From Candidatus Omnitrophota bacterium (lineage in GTDB: Bacteria > Omnitrophota > Gorgyraeia > B26-G9), in NCBI GenBank assembly GCA_043814605.1, contig JBDRJV010000007.1:67354-131353 (forward strand): a DNA stretch of 64,000 nucleotides, given 5' to 3'. A program made the position numbers and the translations under genes. The notes below the pieces were generated by a model. The model made no database searches and had not been told where the DNA came from. It saw nothing but the letters and a program-made list of their open reading frames with translations. Shown here one piece after another: positions 36,431 through 45,870 of this stretch (its first letter is position 1; each line of letters opens with the position of its first letter).

Positions 36431-37460
36431 CCAGCTAGATAAAAGATTAATTCAGATTTTAAGTCAGCGGACTAAACTGGCGGTGAGCATCGGTCGGTTA
36501 AAAAAGGATTCTAAGAAAACCGTCTTTTCTCCCTCCCGGGAAAAACAGGTTTATGACCACATTAAAAAAATAAATAAAGGCCCTTTAAATGATCAGACGA
36601 TTGAGGCAGTTTACCGGGAAATTATGTCCGGAACAATAATGCTGCAAAATCCTATGCAAGTGGCGTATTTAGGCCCGAAAGCCACATTTACTCATTTAGC
36701 CAGTTTGAAAAAATTCGGATCCCAGGTTGAATATTTTGAAGTGCAGACAATCACGGATGTTTTTAATGAAGTGGCCCGCGGCAGTTGTGATTTTGGCGTA
36801 ATTCCGGTGGAGAATTCCATTGAAGGCGCAGTTAATCATACATTGGATATGCTGGTTGATTCAGACTTGAAGATTTGTTCTGAAATTTCTTTAGATATTA
36901 CGCATAATGTTTTGGCTAATTGTGCGCTTAAGGATATTAAACGTGTTTATAGTAATCCCATGGTGTTTGGACAATGCCGGCTGTGGCTGGAATCAAATCT
37001 GTATAATCGGGAATTAATCGAAGTCTCTAGTACAACGCGGGCAGCGCAAATTGCCGCAAAAGAAAAAGGGTCAGCGGCTTTAGCTAGCGAATTAGCCGCG
37101 CAGTTGTATAAAATGAAAATTTTAGCTAAGTCAATTGAAGATAGTCCGCATAATGTAACCCGGTTTTTAGTGATTGGCAGAAAAACCGCCGAACGCACAG
37201 GATGCGATAAAACTTCAATTGTATTTTCGGTAAAAGATAGAATTGGGGCTTTACATGATATGCTGCTGTCGTTTAAATCAGCGAAAATTAATTTAACTAA
37301 GATAGAATCAAGACCGTCTAAGAAAAAAGCCTGGGATTATTATTTTTTTGTGGATATGCAGGGACATGCCAGTGAGCAGCGTTTAACAAAGGCATTGGCC
37401 CAGCTTGAGAAAAAGTGCAGTTTTTTAAAAATTCTTGGTTCCTATCCTCAAGCTGTTTAA
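36387..37460 (+). CDS. pheA: Chorismate mutase/prephenate dehydratase
   Basis: LRKAIDQLD mutase domain, VAYLGP, PVENSIEG, NVTRF, TKIESRP. Confidence 0.95.
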   Translation: MMKKMTIQKLRKAIDQLDKRLIQILSQRTKLAVSIGRLKKDSKKTVFSPSREKQVYDHIKKINKGPLNDQTIEAVYREIMSGTIMLQNPMQVAYLGPKATFTHLASLKKFGSQVEYFEVQTITDVFNEVARGSCDFGVIPVENSIEGAVNHTLDMLVDSDLKICSEISLDITHNVLANCALKDIKRVYSNPMVFGQCRLWLESNLYNRELIEVSSTTRAAQIAAKEKGSAALASELAAQLYKMKILAKSIEDSPHNVTRFLVIGRKTAERTGCDKTSIVFSVKDRIGALHDMLLSFKSAKINLTKIESRPSKKKAWDYYFFVDMQGHASEQRLTKALAQLEKKCSFLKILGSYPQAV

Positions 37461-37522
37461 TTTTTTAATATTTTTTTAATCAAAAAATTTTTAAGCATAC
37501 CCTCACCAAGGAGAATTTAACA

Positions 37523-38644
37523 ATGAGTATTAAAAAAAGTGTCAGAGATTGTATTCTAAATTTTAAGCCGTATAAACCGGGAAAGCCGATAGAAGAGCTA
37601 AAAAGAGAATTAAAACTAAAAAATGTTTTTAAAATGGCATCTAACGAGAATGCTCTGGGGCCTTCACCCCAGGCAATCAGTGCACTTAAAAATGCTTTAG
37701 CGAATATTAACCGTTATCCGGACGGGGCTTGTTATTATTTGAAACAGGTTTTAGCAAAAAAATATAAACTGCAGCCGGATAATATTATCATAGGTAACGG
37801 CTCGGATGAATTGATTGTTTTAGCCTTAAAGGCTTTTGTCAATAAATCCGATGAAGTAATTATTGCTGATCCCACATTTCTGGTTTATAAATTGGCGGCA
37901 ATTTTAGCCGAAGCGAAAGTGATTAGTGTGGATTTGAAAGCGTTTCGCTATGATTTACCGGCGATGAAAGAGAAAATAACGCCCCGCACAAAAGTAATTT
38001 TTATCGCTAACCCCGATAATCCCACGGGCAGTTATGTGAGCCGGTTAGAAGTTGAACAGTTTTTAAAAGGCATACCCAAAAATATTTTGTTGTTTTTTGA
38101 TGAAGCGTATTTTGAGTATTTAGAAGCCCGCGATTACCCGGATACTTTAAAATATTTAAGACGCGGTAATATTATTGTCTGCCGGAGTTTTTCCAAGGCT
38201 TATGGCCTGGCGGGATTGCGTATTGGCTGGGCTGCGGCATCGCGTGAAATAATTGGATATTTAAATCAAGTCAGAGAGCCTTTTAATGTTAATATGTTAG
38301 CGCAAATTGCCGCAATTGCTGCATTAGCAGATAGAAAACATGTTCAGAAATCACGTCAATTAATTAAAACTGGAAAAAAATTTATTGTCCGAGAGTTAAA
38401 ACAAATGAAATTATTTTTTGTCCCCAGTGTGACAAATTTTATCTTAATTAATATGGGATATAGGGCAAAAGCTGTTTATGAAAAATTACTAAAAAGAGGT
38501 ATTATTGTACGGGAAATGTCTGCCTGGGGATTGAATAACTTTATTCGTGTGACAATTGGCACTCCGAATGAAAATAAGGCTTTTATCCGGGAATTAAAAA
38601 AAATTTTACTCTTAATTAATAAAAAAAAAGGAGATAATCAGTGA
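37523..38644 (+). CDS. hisC: Histidinol-phosphate/aromatic aminotransferase
   Basis: PYKPGK, MASNEN, GNGSDE, NPDNPTG, DEAY, SFSKAYGLAGLRIG. Confidence 0.93.
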   Translation: MSIKKSVRDCILNFKPYKPGKPIEELKRELKLKNVFKMASNENALGPSPQAISALKNALANINRYPDGACYYLKQVLAKKYKLQPDNIIIGNGSDELIVLALKAFVNKSDEVIIADPTFLVYKLAAILAEAKVISVDLKAFRYDLPAMKEKITPRTKVIFIANPDNPTGSYVSRLEVEQFLKGIPKNILLFFDEAYFEYLEARDYPDTLKYLRRGNIIVCRSFSKAYGLAGLRIGWAAASREIIGYLNQVREPFNVNMLAQIAAIAALADRKHVQKSRQLIKTGKKFIVRELKQMKLFFVPSVTNFILINMGYRAKAVYEKLLKRGIIVREMSAWGLNNFIRVTIGTPNENKAFIRELKKILLLINKKKGDNQ

Positions 38645-39654
38645 TAATTGTTCTCAAGAAAGAGATAACTGCGGCTCAGAAAAATAAGTTAATGCAGAAA
38701 ATACATTCCCTCGGGCTTAAAACAATGGTTTCCCGGGGGGTGGAAAGATCAATTATTGGCGTAATTGGAGCCGAAGATAAATTGCGGGTACAGCCGCTGG
38801 AGGCTTTTGCCGGAGTGGAGAGTGTTATTTCAGTTTTGGCTCCCTATAAGCTTGTTTCGCGTGAGTTTAAGCCTGAGGATACAGTGATCAAGATAAAACA
38901 GGAACGGATTGGCGGCAAGAAAGTTATTATTATGGCTGGGCCGTGTGCAATTGAGAATCTTAAAATACTTAAGGCAATAGCTAAAGCTGTAAAAAAATCC
39001 GGGGCAACAATCTTAAGAGGCGGGGCTTTTAAACCCAGGACTTCACCCTATTCTTTTCAAGGTTTGGGTGAAAAAGGTTTAAAAATCATGAAACAGGTTT
39101 GTGATGATTTTGGTCTTTTGAGTGTGACCGAGGTTATGGACCCGCGGGATGTAGGGTTAGTTTGTAAATATGTGGATATTATGCAAATTGGTGCAAGAAA
39201 TATGCAGAATTTTAATCTGCTTAAAGAAGTGGGAAAAAGCAGAAAGCCCGTACTTCTAAAACGCGGGATGATGTCTACAATTAAGGAATTACTAATGAGT
39301 GCGGAATATATATTAAGTGAAGGTAATTTCAATGTCATTCTTTGTGAACGGGGGATTCGGACATTTGAAACATACACAAGAAATACTTTAGATATCAACG
39401 CAGTTCCGGCAATAAAAAAATTAAGTCATTTACCGGTTATTGTTGATCCCAGCCACGCGACGGGTAAATGGGGATTAGTTAGTGCGGTAAGCAAGGGCGC
39501 AGTGGCTGCGGGAGCAGATGGGCTGATTGTGGAAGTGCATACTCATCCAGAGCAGGCTGCTTCTGACGGGGCCCAGTCTTTAAGTCCGGAAAATTTTGAT
39601 CAAATGCTTAAGGAATTAAAGAAAATTGCCGCGGCTGTGGATCGGGAAATGTAA
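38641..39654 (+). CDS. aroF: DAHP synthase (type I-beta with N-terminal regulatory domain)
   Basis: [45 protein letters not shown]. Confidence 0.93.
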   Translation: MIIVLKKEITAAQKNKLMQKIHSLGLKTMVSRGVERSIIGVIGAEDKLRVQPLEAFAGVESVISVLAPYKLVSREFKPEDTVIKIKQERIGGKKVIIMAGPCAIENLKILKAIAKAVKKSGATILRGGAFKPRTSPYSFQGLGEKGLKIMKQVCDDFGLLSVTEVMDPRDVGLVCKYVDIMQIGARNMQNFNLLKEVGKSRKPVLLKRGMMSTIKELLMSAEYILSEGNFNVILCERGIRTFETYTRNTLDINAVPAIKKLSHLPVIVDPSHATGKWGLVSAVSKGAVAAGADGLIVEVHTHPEQAASDGAQSLSPENFDQMLKELKKIAAAVDREM

Positions 39655-39689
39655 AATTAATTTAACTTAAACAAAAAAAGATAAAAAAT

Positions 39690-40532
39690 ATGAAGAAATT
39701 TAAGAAAGTAGTTATTATCGGCCCGGGTCTTATCGGCGGCTCGATTGGTTTATTTTTAAAAAAAGAAAAAGCGGCAGAAGTTATTGTCGGAGTGGCCCGG
39801 CATCAGAAAACATTAAAAAAAGCTAAACAAAAAAAAATGGTAGACGCAACCTCTAAGGATTTGATTAATTCCGTAAGGGGTGCGGATTTAATTATTATTG
39901 CCACACCTGTTCAGTCAGTGCCGCGCATATTCCAGTTAATTAAAAATAATCTGCAGCCAGGGTGTATTATTTTTGATGTGGGTAGCACAAAAAAATATAT
40001 TTTGAAAGCAGCGGATAAATACTTACCGCGTGATATTTTCTTTATCGGCACGCATCCGATGGCTGGGTCGGAAAAAGCCGGGCCGGAATTTGCGGATCGG
40101 AATTTATTCAGAAATAGTATATGCTTTATTGTTAAGCCTAAAAAAGTAAATAAAAAAGCCTTAATTTTCGTTCAATCCTTATGGAAGAAAATGGGGGCAA
40201 AGGTTATTTTGGTTAAAGCCGAAAAACATGACCAAATTGTAGCAGGAATCAGTCATCTGCCGCATTTAGTGAGTGTGGCTATTGTGAATAGTAGCGATAC
40301 GGCCAGCCTTAAATTTGCGGCAACTGGATATAAAGATACAACTCGCGTTGTGGCAGGATTGCCGGAAATTTGGGAAGGAATATTTTTTACCAATAAAAAT
40401 TCAATATTGAAATCAATAATGGTATTTGAAAAAGAATTATTCAAGTTAAAAAAGGCGCTTAAAAATAGTGATAAAAAATTTTTTACGCAACAATTGACCG
40501 CTGCTAAAAAAACAAGGGATAAGCTTAAATAA
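39690..40532 (+). CDS. tyrA: Prephenate/arogenate dehydrogenase
   Basis: GPGLIGGS, DVGSTK, HPMAGSE, HD...A.ISHLPH. Confidence 0.92.
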   Translation: MKKFKKVVIIGPGLIGGSIGLFLKKEKAAEVIVGVARHQKTLKKAKQKKMVDATSKDLINSVRGADLIIIATPVQSVPRIFQLIKNNLQPGCIIFDVGSTKKYILKAADKYLPRDIFFIGTHPMAGSEKAGPEFADRNLFRNSICFIVKPKKVNKKALIFVQSLWKKMGAKVILVKAEKHDQIVAGISHLPHLVSVAIVNSSDTASLKFAATGYKDTTRVVAGLPEIWEGIFFTNKNSILKSIMVFEKELFKLKKALKNSDKKFFTQQLTAAKKTRDKLK

Positions 40533-40627
40533 AAATAAATTTGATGCTAAGTAAATTATTCCGGACAAAATGGGAATATGGTTTAAATTTATATTTTTTG
40601 GCAATTCATTGATTAAAGGTAGATATT

Positions 40628-41293
40628 GTGATTATTGCTATTGATGGGCCGGCAGGTGCCGGAAAAAGTACAATCGCAAAAATCCTGGCAGATAGATTAG
40701 GATTTTTTTATGTTGATACAGGGGCAATGTACCGGGCATTGACGCTTAAAATATTAAATTGCGGGGTTGGTTTTAGCAGTCCGAAAAAATTAGTCGAAAT
40801 AACTAAGAATACAAAGATTAAGCTGATTGAACATAAAAATGCTAAGTTGTGTATTTTCCTGGATGATCAGGATGTATCCGTTGAGATTAGAAACCCTGCA
40901 GTAACAAAACAGGTTTTTCGTATTGCACGTATTCCGCAAATTAGGCAGATTATGGTTGAGTGGCAAAGGGCTTATGCGGATGAGAGTGATATTGTTATGG
41001 AAGGCCGCGATATCGGTACGGAAGTTTTTCCAGAGACAAAAAATAAATTTTATTTAGATGCCAGTGCTGATGTGCGGGCAAAACGCCGCCTAAAAGAGTT
41101 AAAAGAAAAGAAAATTGATGTCTCGTATAAAGAAATTTTAAGACAAATCCAGGAACGGGACGATAAAGATAAAAGCCGCGCCTGCGGACCATTAAAACAG
41201 GCGGAAGATGCAATTTATCTGGATACATCTAATCTTACGATTCATCAGGTTATTGAAAAAATAATTAGTTATTTACCGAAAGAAGTAAAATGA
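40628..41293 (+). CDS. cmk: Cytidylate kinase
   Basis: IAIDGPAGAGKST, DTGAMYR, EGRDIG. Confidence 0.96.
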   Translation: MIIAIDGPAGAGKSTIAKILADRLGFFYVDTGAMYRALTLKILNCGVGFSSPKKLVEITKNTKIKLIEHKNAKLCIFLDDQDVSVEIRNPAVTKQVFRIARIPQIRQIMVEWQRAYADESDIVMEGRDIGTEVFPETKNKFYLDASADVRAKRRLKELKEKKIDVSYKEILRQIQERDDKDKSRACGPLKQAEDAIYLDTSNLTIHQVIEKIISYLPKEVK

Positions 41294-41943
41294 AAAATGC
41301 TTTTTATTGGATGTGCCGTTTTGTGTTGATGATCTTATTAAAGATTTTTTTTCGGTTTAAATGCACCGGACGCAAATATCTGCCGAAAACAGGCGGTTGT
41401 ATTATTGCCTCTAACCACTTAAGTTATCTTGATCCAATTGTTTTAAGTGTGGCCAGCACCCGAATCCTGACTTTTATGGCAAAACGGGAATTATTTGAAC
41501 AAAATTGGTTTTTTACCTGGTTAATTACAATGTTAAATTCTTTTCCCCTTGAACGGGAAAAAACCGATGTTAAGGCTTTGCGTTTAGCCATGGAAAAATT
41601 AAATAAAGGCCATAGCATGATTATTTTTCCGGAAGGAACCCGCAGTAGAACCGGGGATGTAAAAAATGCTCAGGCCGGGGTAAGTATGTTAGCGGCAAAT
41701 TCTAAAGTAAAAGTTGTGCCGACTCTGATTATCGGCACGGACCAGGCAATGGGGGCGAAAGCAAAAAAGCTGATTTTTTTTGTGCCTTTAAGCGTGCATT
41801 TTGGTCAGGCGATGGATATGGAAACCTACAGACGGCAAAATCCGAATCTTGATAAAAAGAAACTTTATTTATCTTTTTCTCAAAAAATTATTGATGAAAT
41901 CAGGTTTTTAAAAGATGAATATAAAAAGGAAAAGTCCGCATAA
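41290..41943 (+). CDS. plsC: 1-acyl-sn-glycerol-3-phosphate acyltransferase
   Basis: NHLSYLD (HX4D), FPEGTRS. Confidence 0.9.
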   Translation: MKNAFYWMCRFVLMILLKIFFRFKCTGRKYLPKTGGCIIASNHLSYLDPIVLSVASTRILTFMAKRELFEQNWFFTWLITMLNSFPLEREKTDVKALRLAMEKLNKGHSMIIFPEGTRSRTGDVKNAQAGVSMLAANSKVKVVPTLIIGTDQAMGAKAKKLIFFVPLSVHFGQAMDMETYRRQNPNLDKKKLYLSFSQKIIDEIRFLKDEYKKEKSA

Positions 41944-41961
41944 ATAATTTTTTATTAATAC

Positions 41962-41990
41962 TTGTAAAATAAATATAAATTTGCTATACT
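41962..41990 (+). promoter_or_regulatory. sigma70 promoter of rpsA
   Basis: TTGTAA-17 nt-TATACT with TGn. Confidence 0.55.
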
Positions 41991-42128
41991 TATGGGAAAT
42001 TTGCATAATTATAGCAAAAAAAGTGGAGCTTATTGATTATACTGGCGTTATCAAAAAATGAAAAGCCAGTCAGCACAGCAGCTGTAAAAATGCTGCGTGC
42101 TTTATTAAAAAAAGGAGGTTGAAATGAG

Positions 42129-43739
42129 ATGTCACGAAAAAAGAAAAAGAAATTTGCTGATTTTGATGGTTTAGACCAAAATAAGGATAGTGTATTTGCC
42201 AAGGAATTAGAAAATTTTTATGCAAAAGGGGTAACGACACTTGTTGAAGGCGAAATAATCAGCGGTAAGATTGTAGGGATTACAGGTAAAGAAGTATTAG
42301 TTGATATTGGGTTTAAGTCTGAGGGTATCCTGCCTACAGATGAGTTTGATGATCCTGCCGATATAAAAATTAATGAAGTAATCAATGTGCTTTTAGAGAC
42401 AAAAGAAGATGAAAAAGGCATGGTTATTGTCTCTAAACGCAAAGCAGACCGAACCCTGGGCTGGGAAAGAATTATTAATAATTATAAAGAAGGCGATACT
42501 ATTGAAGGAAAAGTTTCGCGTAAGGTCAAAGGCGGCTTAATGGTCGATATCGGAATGGATGCATTTTTACCAGCTTCTCAGATTGCATTAAGAGGCATTC
42601 AAAATATTGATCAGTTTATCGGCAATACATATGAATTTATGATTGTCAAAGTAAATAAGCCGAGAAAAAATATCGTGTTATCTCGCCGGGAGTTATTATT
42701 AAAAGAAAGAGAAGTTTCCCGGGAAAAGCTGCTTAAAGAAATTGAGGAAGGCCAAATTCGCCAAGGTACTGTTAAAAATATTGCTGATTTCGGTGTGTTT
42801 ATTGACCTGGGTGGAGTGGATGGTCTTTTGCATATAACGGATATGAGCTGGGGGCGAATCAGCCATCCGTCGGAAATGGTAGCAATTGGGGATAATATTG
42901 AGGTAAAGGTGCTGAAAATAGATAATGATCCCATGCGGATTTCCTTAGGCTTAAAGCAGAAAACATCTAGTCCCTGGGCCGGGATTGAAGATAAATTTCC
43001 GGTGGGAGCGAAGATTAAAGGCAAGATTGTGAATATTGTTGCCTACGGAGCCTTTGTAGAATTAGAAAAAGGAGTGGAGGGGCTAATTCATATTTCTGAA
43101 TTCTCTTGGACAAGAAGAATTTCCCATCCATCAGAAATGCTGGCAATCGGAGATATTGTAGAAGCTGTTGTTTTAAGTATGGATGTTAATACTCAGAAAA
43201 TTGCCTTAGGTATTAAACAGACTGAAACAGATCCCTGGCAGGGTATTAGCGATAAATATTCCGCAGGTTCCCGGGTAAAGGGGCGGGTGAGAAATCTTAC
43301 GGATTATGGCGCATTTGTTGAGCTGGAAGAGGGTATTGATGGATTGGTGCATGTATCCGATATTTCCTGGACAAAAAAAGTAAATAACCCCTCTGAATTC
43401 TTAAAGAAAGGCCAAAAACTGGAAGTGGTGATTTTAAGCGTGGATGAAATTAATCACAAAATTTCATTAGGCTTAAAACAGTTAACCGATGATCCTTGGG
43501 CTGCGATTGTTGAACGTTATCCGATGGAAAAAGAAGTAGAGGGAACAATTACCAAAGTTACTACTTTTGGGATATTCATTGAACTAGAAAAAGAATTAGA
43601 AGGTTTAATCCACATGACAGAAATTGATATAGAGCCAACGTTGAAACTAGAAGATTCTTTTAAAGTGGGTGATAAAGTAAAGGCCAAAGTTATTAAGGTG
43701 GATAACGATCAAAGAAAAATCGGCTTAAGTATGAAGTAA
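42129..43739 (+). CDS. rpsA: 30S ribosomal protein S1
   Basis: Six S1 repeats (DIGFKSEG, FLPASQ, DGLLHITDMSW, EGLIHISE). Confidence 0.96.
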   Translation: MSRKKKKKFADFDGLDQNKDSVFAKELENFYAKGVTTLVEGEIISGKIVGITGKEVLVDIGFKSEGILPTDEFDDPADIKINEVINVLLETKEDEKGMVIVSKRKADRTLGWERIINNYKEGDTIEGKVSRKVKGGLMVDIGMDAFLPASQIALRGIQNIDQFIGNTYEFMIVKVNKPRKNIVLSRRELLLKEREVSREKLLKEIEEGQIRQGTVKNIADFGVFIDLGGVDGLLHITDMSWGRISHPSEMVAIGDNIEVKVLKIDNDPMRISLGLKQKTSSPWAGIEDKFPVGAKIKGKIVNIVAYGAFVELEKGVEGLIHISEFSWTRRISHPSEMLAIGDIVEAVVLSMDVNTQKIALGIKQTETDPWQGISDKYSAGSRVKGRVRNLTDYGAFVELEEGIDGLVHVSDISWTKKVNNPSEFLKKGQKLEVVILSVDEINHKISLGLKQLTDDPWAAIVERYPMEKEVEGTITKVTTFGIFIELEKELEGLIHMTEIDIEPTLKLEDSFKVGDKVKAKVIKVDNDQRKIGLSMK

Positions 43740-43762
43740 TAAGCGGATTTATTTAGTTAATT

Positions 43763-43798
43763 AAAGGCACGGATAATATTTATTCGTGCCTTTTTTTT
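43763..43798 (+). terminator. rpsA intrinsic terminator
   Basis: AAAGGCACGGATA / TATTCGTGCCTTT stem with T8 run. Confidence 0.85.
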
Positions 43799-43819
43799 GT
43801 TTAAAATATGAAATTCTAG

Positions 43820-44047
43820 AAGGGGCTGTTCCGCCCCTTAAACCCCAGACATCCTTTCTTTTGTGCGGAACAAAAGAAAGGATGCAAAGAAAAACCGCCC
43901 CATGGAAACAGCACTGTTTTTCTAATTAAGTTAGTCTTCTGGGTTGCACTGCCGAAAAGGCAATCCTGCCTTGCGGCGTTCAGACATCCATGTCTTCACC
44001 CATCCGCCTAACTTAAAGAAAAACCTAGTGCTTGGTTTCTAAAGGGG
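43820..44047. other. Highly structured non-coding element (ncRNA or non-autonomous mobile repeat)
   Basis: 7-bp and 15-bp perfect hairpins followed by a ~150-nt multibranch stem; no ORF. Confidence 0.65.
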
Positions 44048-44208
44048 AAAAGCAGTTTTTAAGGTTTTCAAATAGAGAGTAGAGAGAACTAACCGCTATC
44101 CGCGGCTTTCATTTTTTATTGACCAACTAAGAGTAGAGGCGTATTATTTATATATTGCAAAAAAAAAGAATGGTTGTATATTTAATGTTAGGAAAGTAAA
44201 TAAAACCG

Positions 44209-44520
44209 ATGAATAATTGGAACATACCAGAATGGCTTGAAAAGAAAATAACCAAAAGAGACAAGTTTTGTATTTATTGCGGAGTTAGATTTGGTACATC
44301 AAAAGAATCCAAGAAAACTCAAGCTTCTTGGGAACATATAATAAATGATGCAAAAATAATTACCAAAGATAATATTGCACGTTGTTGTGTAGCCTGCAAT
44401 TCAAGTAAAGGGACTAAAAAACTTTCAGGCTGGATAAATTCAAAATATTGCATAGAAAAAGGCATAAATAAAAATACTGTTGCCGATATAGTTAAAAAGG
44501 CATTAAATAAAAACTTCTAA
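44209..44520 (+). CDS. Small HNH endonuclease (gene-cassette type)
   Basis: RD..CIYC, EH, NI..CC..CNSSKG zinc/HNH motifs. Confidence 0.85.
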   Translation: MNNWNIPEWLEKKITKRDKFCIYCGVRFGTSKESKKTQASWEHIINDAKIITKDNIARCCVACNSSKGTKKLSGWINSKYCIEKGINKNTVADIVKKALNKNF

Positions 44521-44593
44521 TAACGCACTACAAATGACTGTTACCAGTCATCTTTCGGTATTGGCTACCAGCAGGTGAGTTTGAATGTTATAA
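44515..44593 (+). mobile_element. Degenerate integron attC site closing a 400-bp cassette that starts at GTTAGGA (44187)
   Basis: TTCTAAT (R'', holds the HNH stop codon) ... CTACAAATGAC (L'') ... GCAGGTGAG (L') ... GTTATAA (R'). Confidence 0.6.
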
Positions 44594-44600
44594 TATAAAA

Positions 44601-45129
44601 ATGCAAAAATTAAAAACCCGTAAACCTACCAGATTAAATAATTATGATTATTCGTTGAATGGTTATTATTTTGTAACGATGTGTTCCAAGGATAGAAAAA
44701 ATATTTTTGGTGAAAATATAAATACAAATGACGTAGGGGCCGGCCTTGCGTCGGCCCGTGACAATATAAATTTATCAAAAATTGGTCAAATTGTTGATAA
44801 TCTAATCAATATGATGATGTTGCATTAGACAAATATATGTGATCATGCCTAATCACATACATGGAATTTTGATTATTAATAAATTACGGGAGGAGGCAAG
44901 CCCCTCCCCTACGATTTCTGACATTATTTGTTATTTTAAATCAAAATGCACGAATGAATATTTGAATCACATTAACCAGAATGATCTAAATATTTCTGGT
45001 AAAATCTGGCAACGATCATTCTACGACCACGTTATCAGAAACAAACGTTCTTTAAACGCTATTAGAAATTATATTGCAACTAATCCCGAAAACTGGGAGA
45101 ATGATATTGATAATTTAATAAATTTATAA
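44601..45129 (+). pseudogene. REP-associated tyrosine (Y1/IS200-like) transposase, frameshifted
   Basis: RK..RL..YDYS..GYYFVT.C, MPNHIHGI (HUH) and IWQRSFYDHVIR..YI..NP; frame broken around 44800-44840. Confidence 0.85.
44733..44912. repeat. Inverted pair of GTAG-type REP palindromes inside the transposase gene
   Basis: GTAGGGGCCGGCCTTGCGTCGGCCCG (44733-44758, +) and GTAGGGGAGGGGCTTGCCTCCTCCCG (44887-44912, -). Confidence 0.8.
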
Positions 45130-45211
45130 CGATTCGCTCCAGGCAATCCCGCCGGCCAATTTTTTATTCTATTTTTACAATCATCCAGAATCTAGGATCT
45201 AGAATCTGCTT

Positions 45212-45745
45212 TTATTTCCGATCAAAAAATATATTCTTTCCTGTAGCGGATAAAGGTATGGCGAGGGCGATTTTTACACTTTTATCTTCAAATAAATTTA
45301 AAGCGATTGCGGCTTTTCCTGCAGAATACATGATCCGGTTATCAATATGAAATTTTGCCGCCATGTTTACCGCTGAACCCAGGGCAATACCCAGGTCAAT
45401 AGTATTAAACGCACAGATAGATTTGGCTTTTAACATTGCCTGGCAGTTATCATAATTACAGAGGCTGCAATATTCAATTCCTAATGCCTGTGCTTTTGTG
45501 GCAATGAATACAATCACCGGTGCGGATTTCAAATTTTCTGCATCGCGCTTAAATCCCGGCTTGTTTTTAGAAACAGCTAACTCTTGCATTTTTTTAATTA
45601 ATTTATTTTTTGCATTTGCTTTATCTAGGATTAAAGTAACAATATTATCTGCGCCTTTGGCTTTGGGAGCAGTACGCGCTGCAGTAATCATAAACCCGGC
45701 TACTTGTTTTAAAATATTTTTTTCGATTTTTTTTGTCTGGTCCAT
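45212..45745 (-). CDS. Ferredoxin-domain protein (DUF2148-like)
   Basis: [11 protein letters not shown], CxxCxxxxC...[32 protein letters not shown]. Confidence 0.85.
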   Translation of the reverse strand: MDQTKKIEKNILKQVAGFMITAARTAPKAKGADNIVTLILDKANAKNKLIKKMQELAVSKNKPGFKRDAENLKSAPVIVFIATKAQALGIEYCSLCNYDNCQAMLKAKSICAFNTIDLGIALGSAVNMAAKFHIDNRIMYSAGKAAIALNLFEDKSVKIALAIPLSATGKNIFFDRK

Positions 45746-45813
45746 ATTTTTTTTCCTTTCTTTTTATTTATTTCTCTATGAATTTTAACAATCAAATCAT
45801 CATATGTCAAGCG

Positions 45814-45842
45814 TTGACAATATGTTATTTGTATGTTATGAT
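45814..45842 (+). promoter_or_regulatory. sigma70 promoter of tyrS
   Basis: TTGACA-17 nt-TATGAT with TGn. Confidence 0.72.
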
Positions 45843-45870
45843 ACGCGCAAAGAAAGGGAAAAAGAAAAAA

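Noticed and set aside
43820-44520. HEARO/OMEGA (IscB) RNA-guided system from structured RNA plus HNH ORF
   Set aside because: The HNH protein is only 103 aa with no RuvC or PLMP motifs and has its own cassette boundaries; adjacency alone is insufficient
45186-45206. Three heptamer repeats (CAGAATC TAGGATC TAGAATC)
   Set aside because: Too short and degenerate to assign a function
45733-45870. N-terminal extension of tyrS, or a T-box leader
   Set aside because: The region holds the tyrS promoter and the divergent gene start; the leader is too short for a T-box and has no T-box motif
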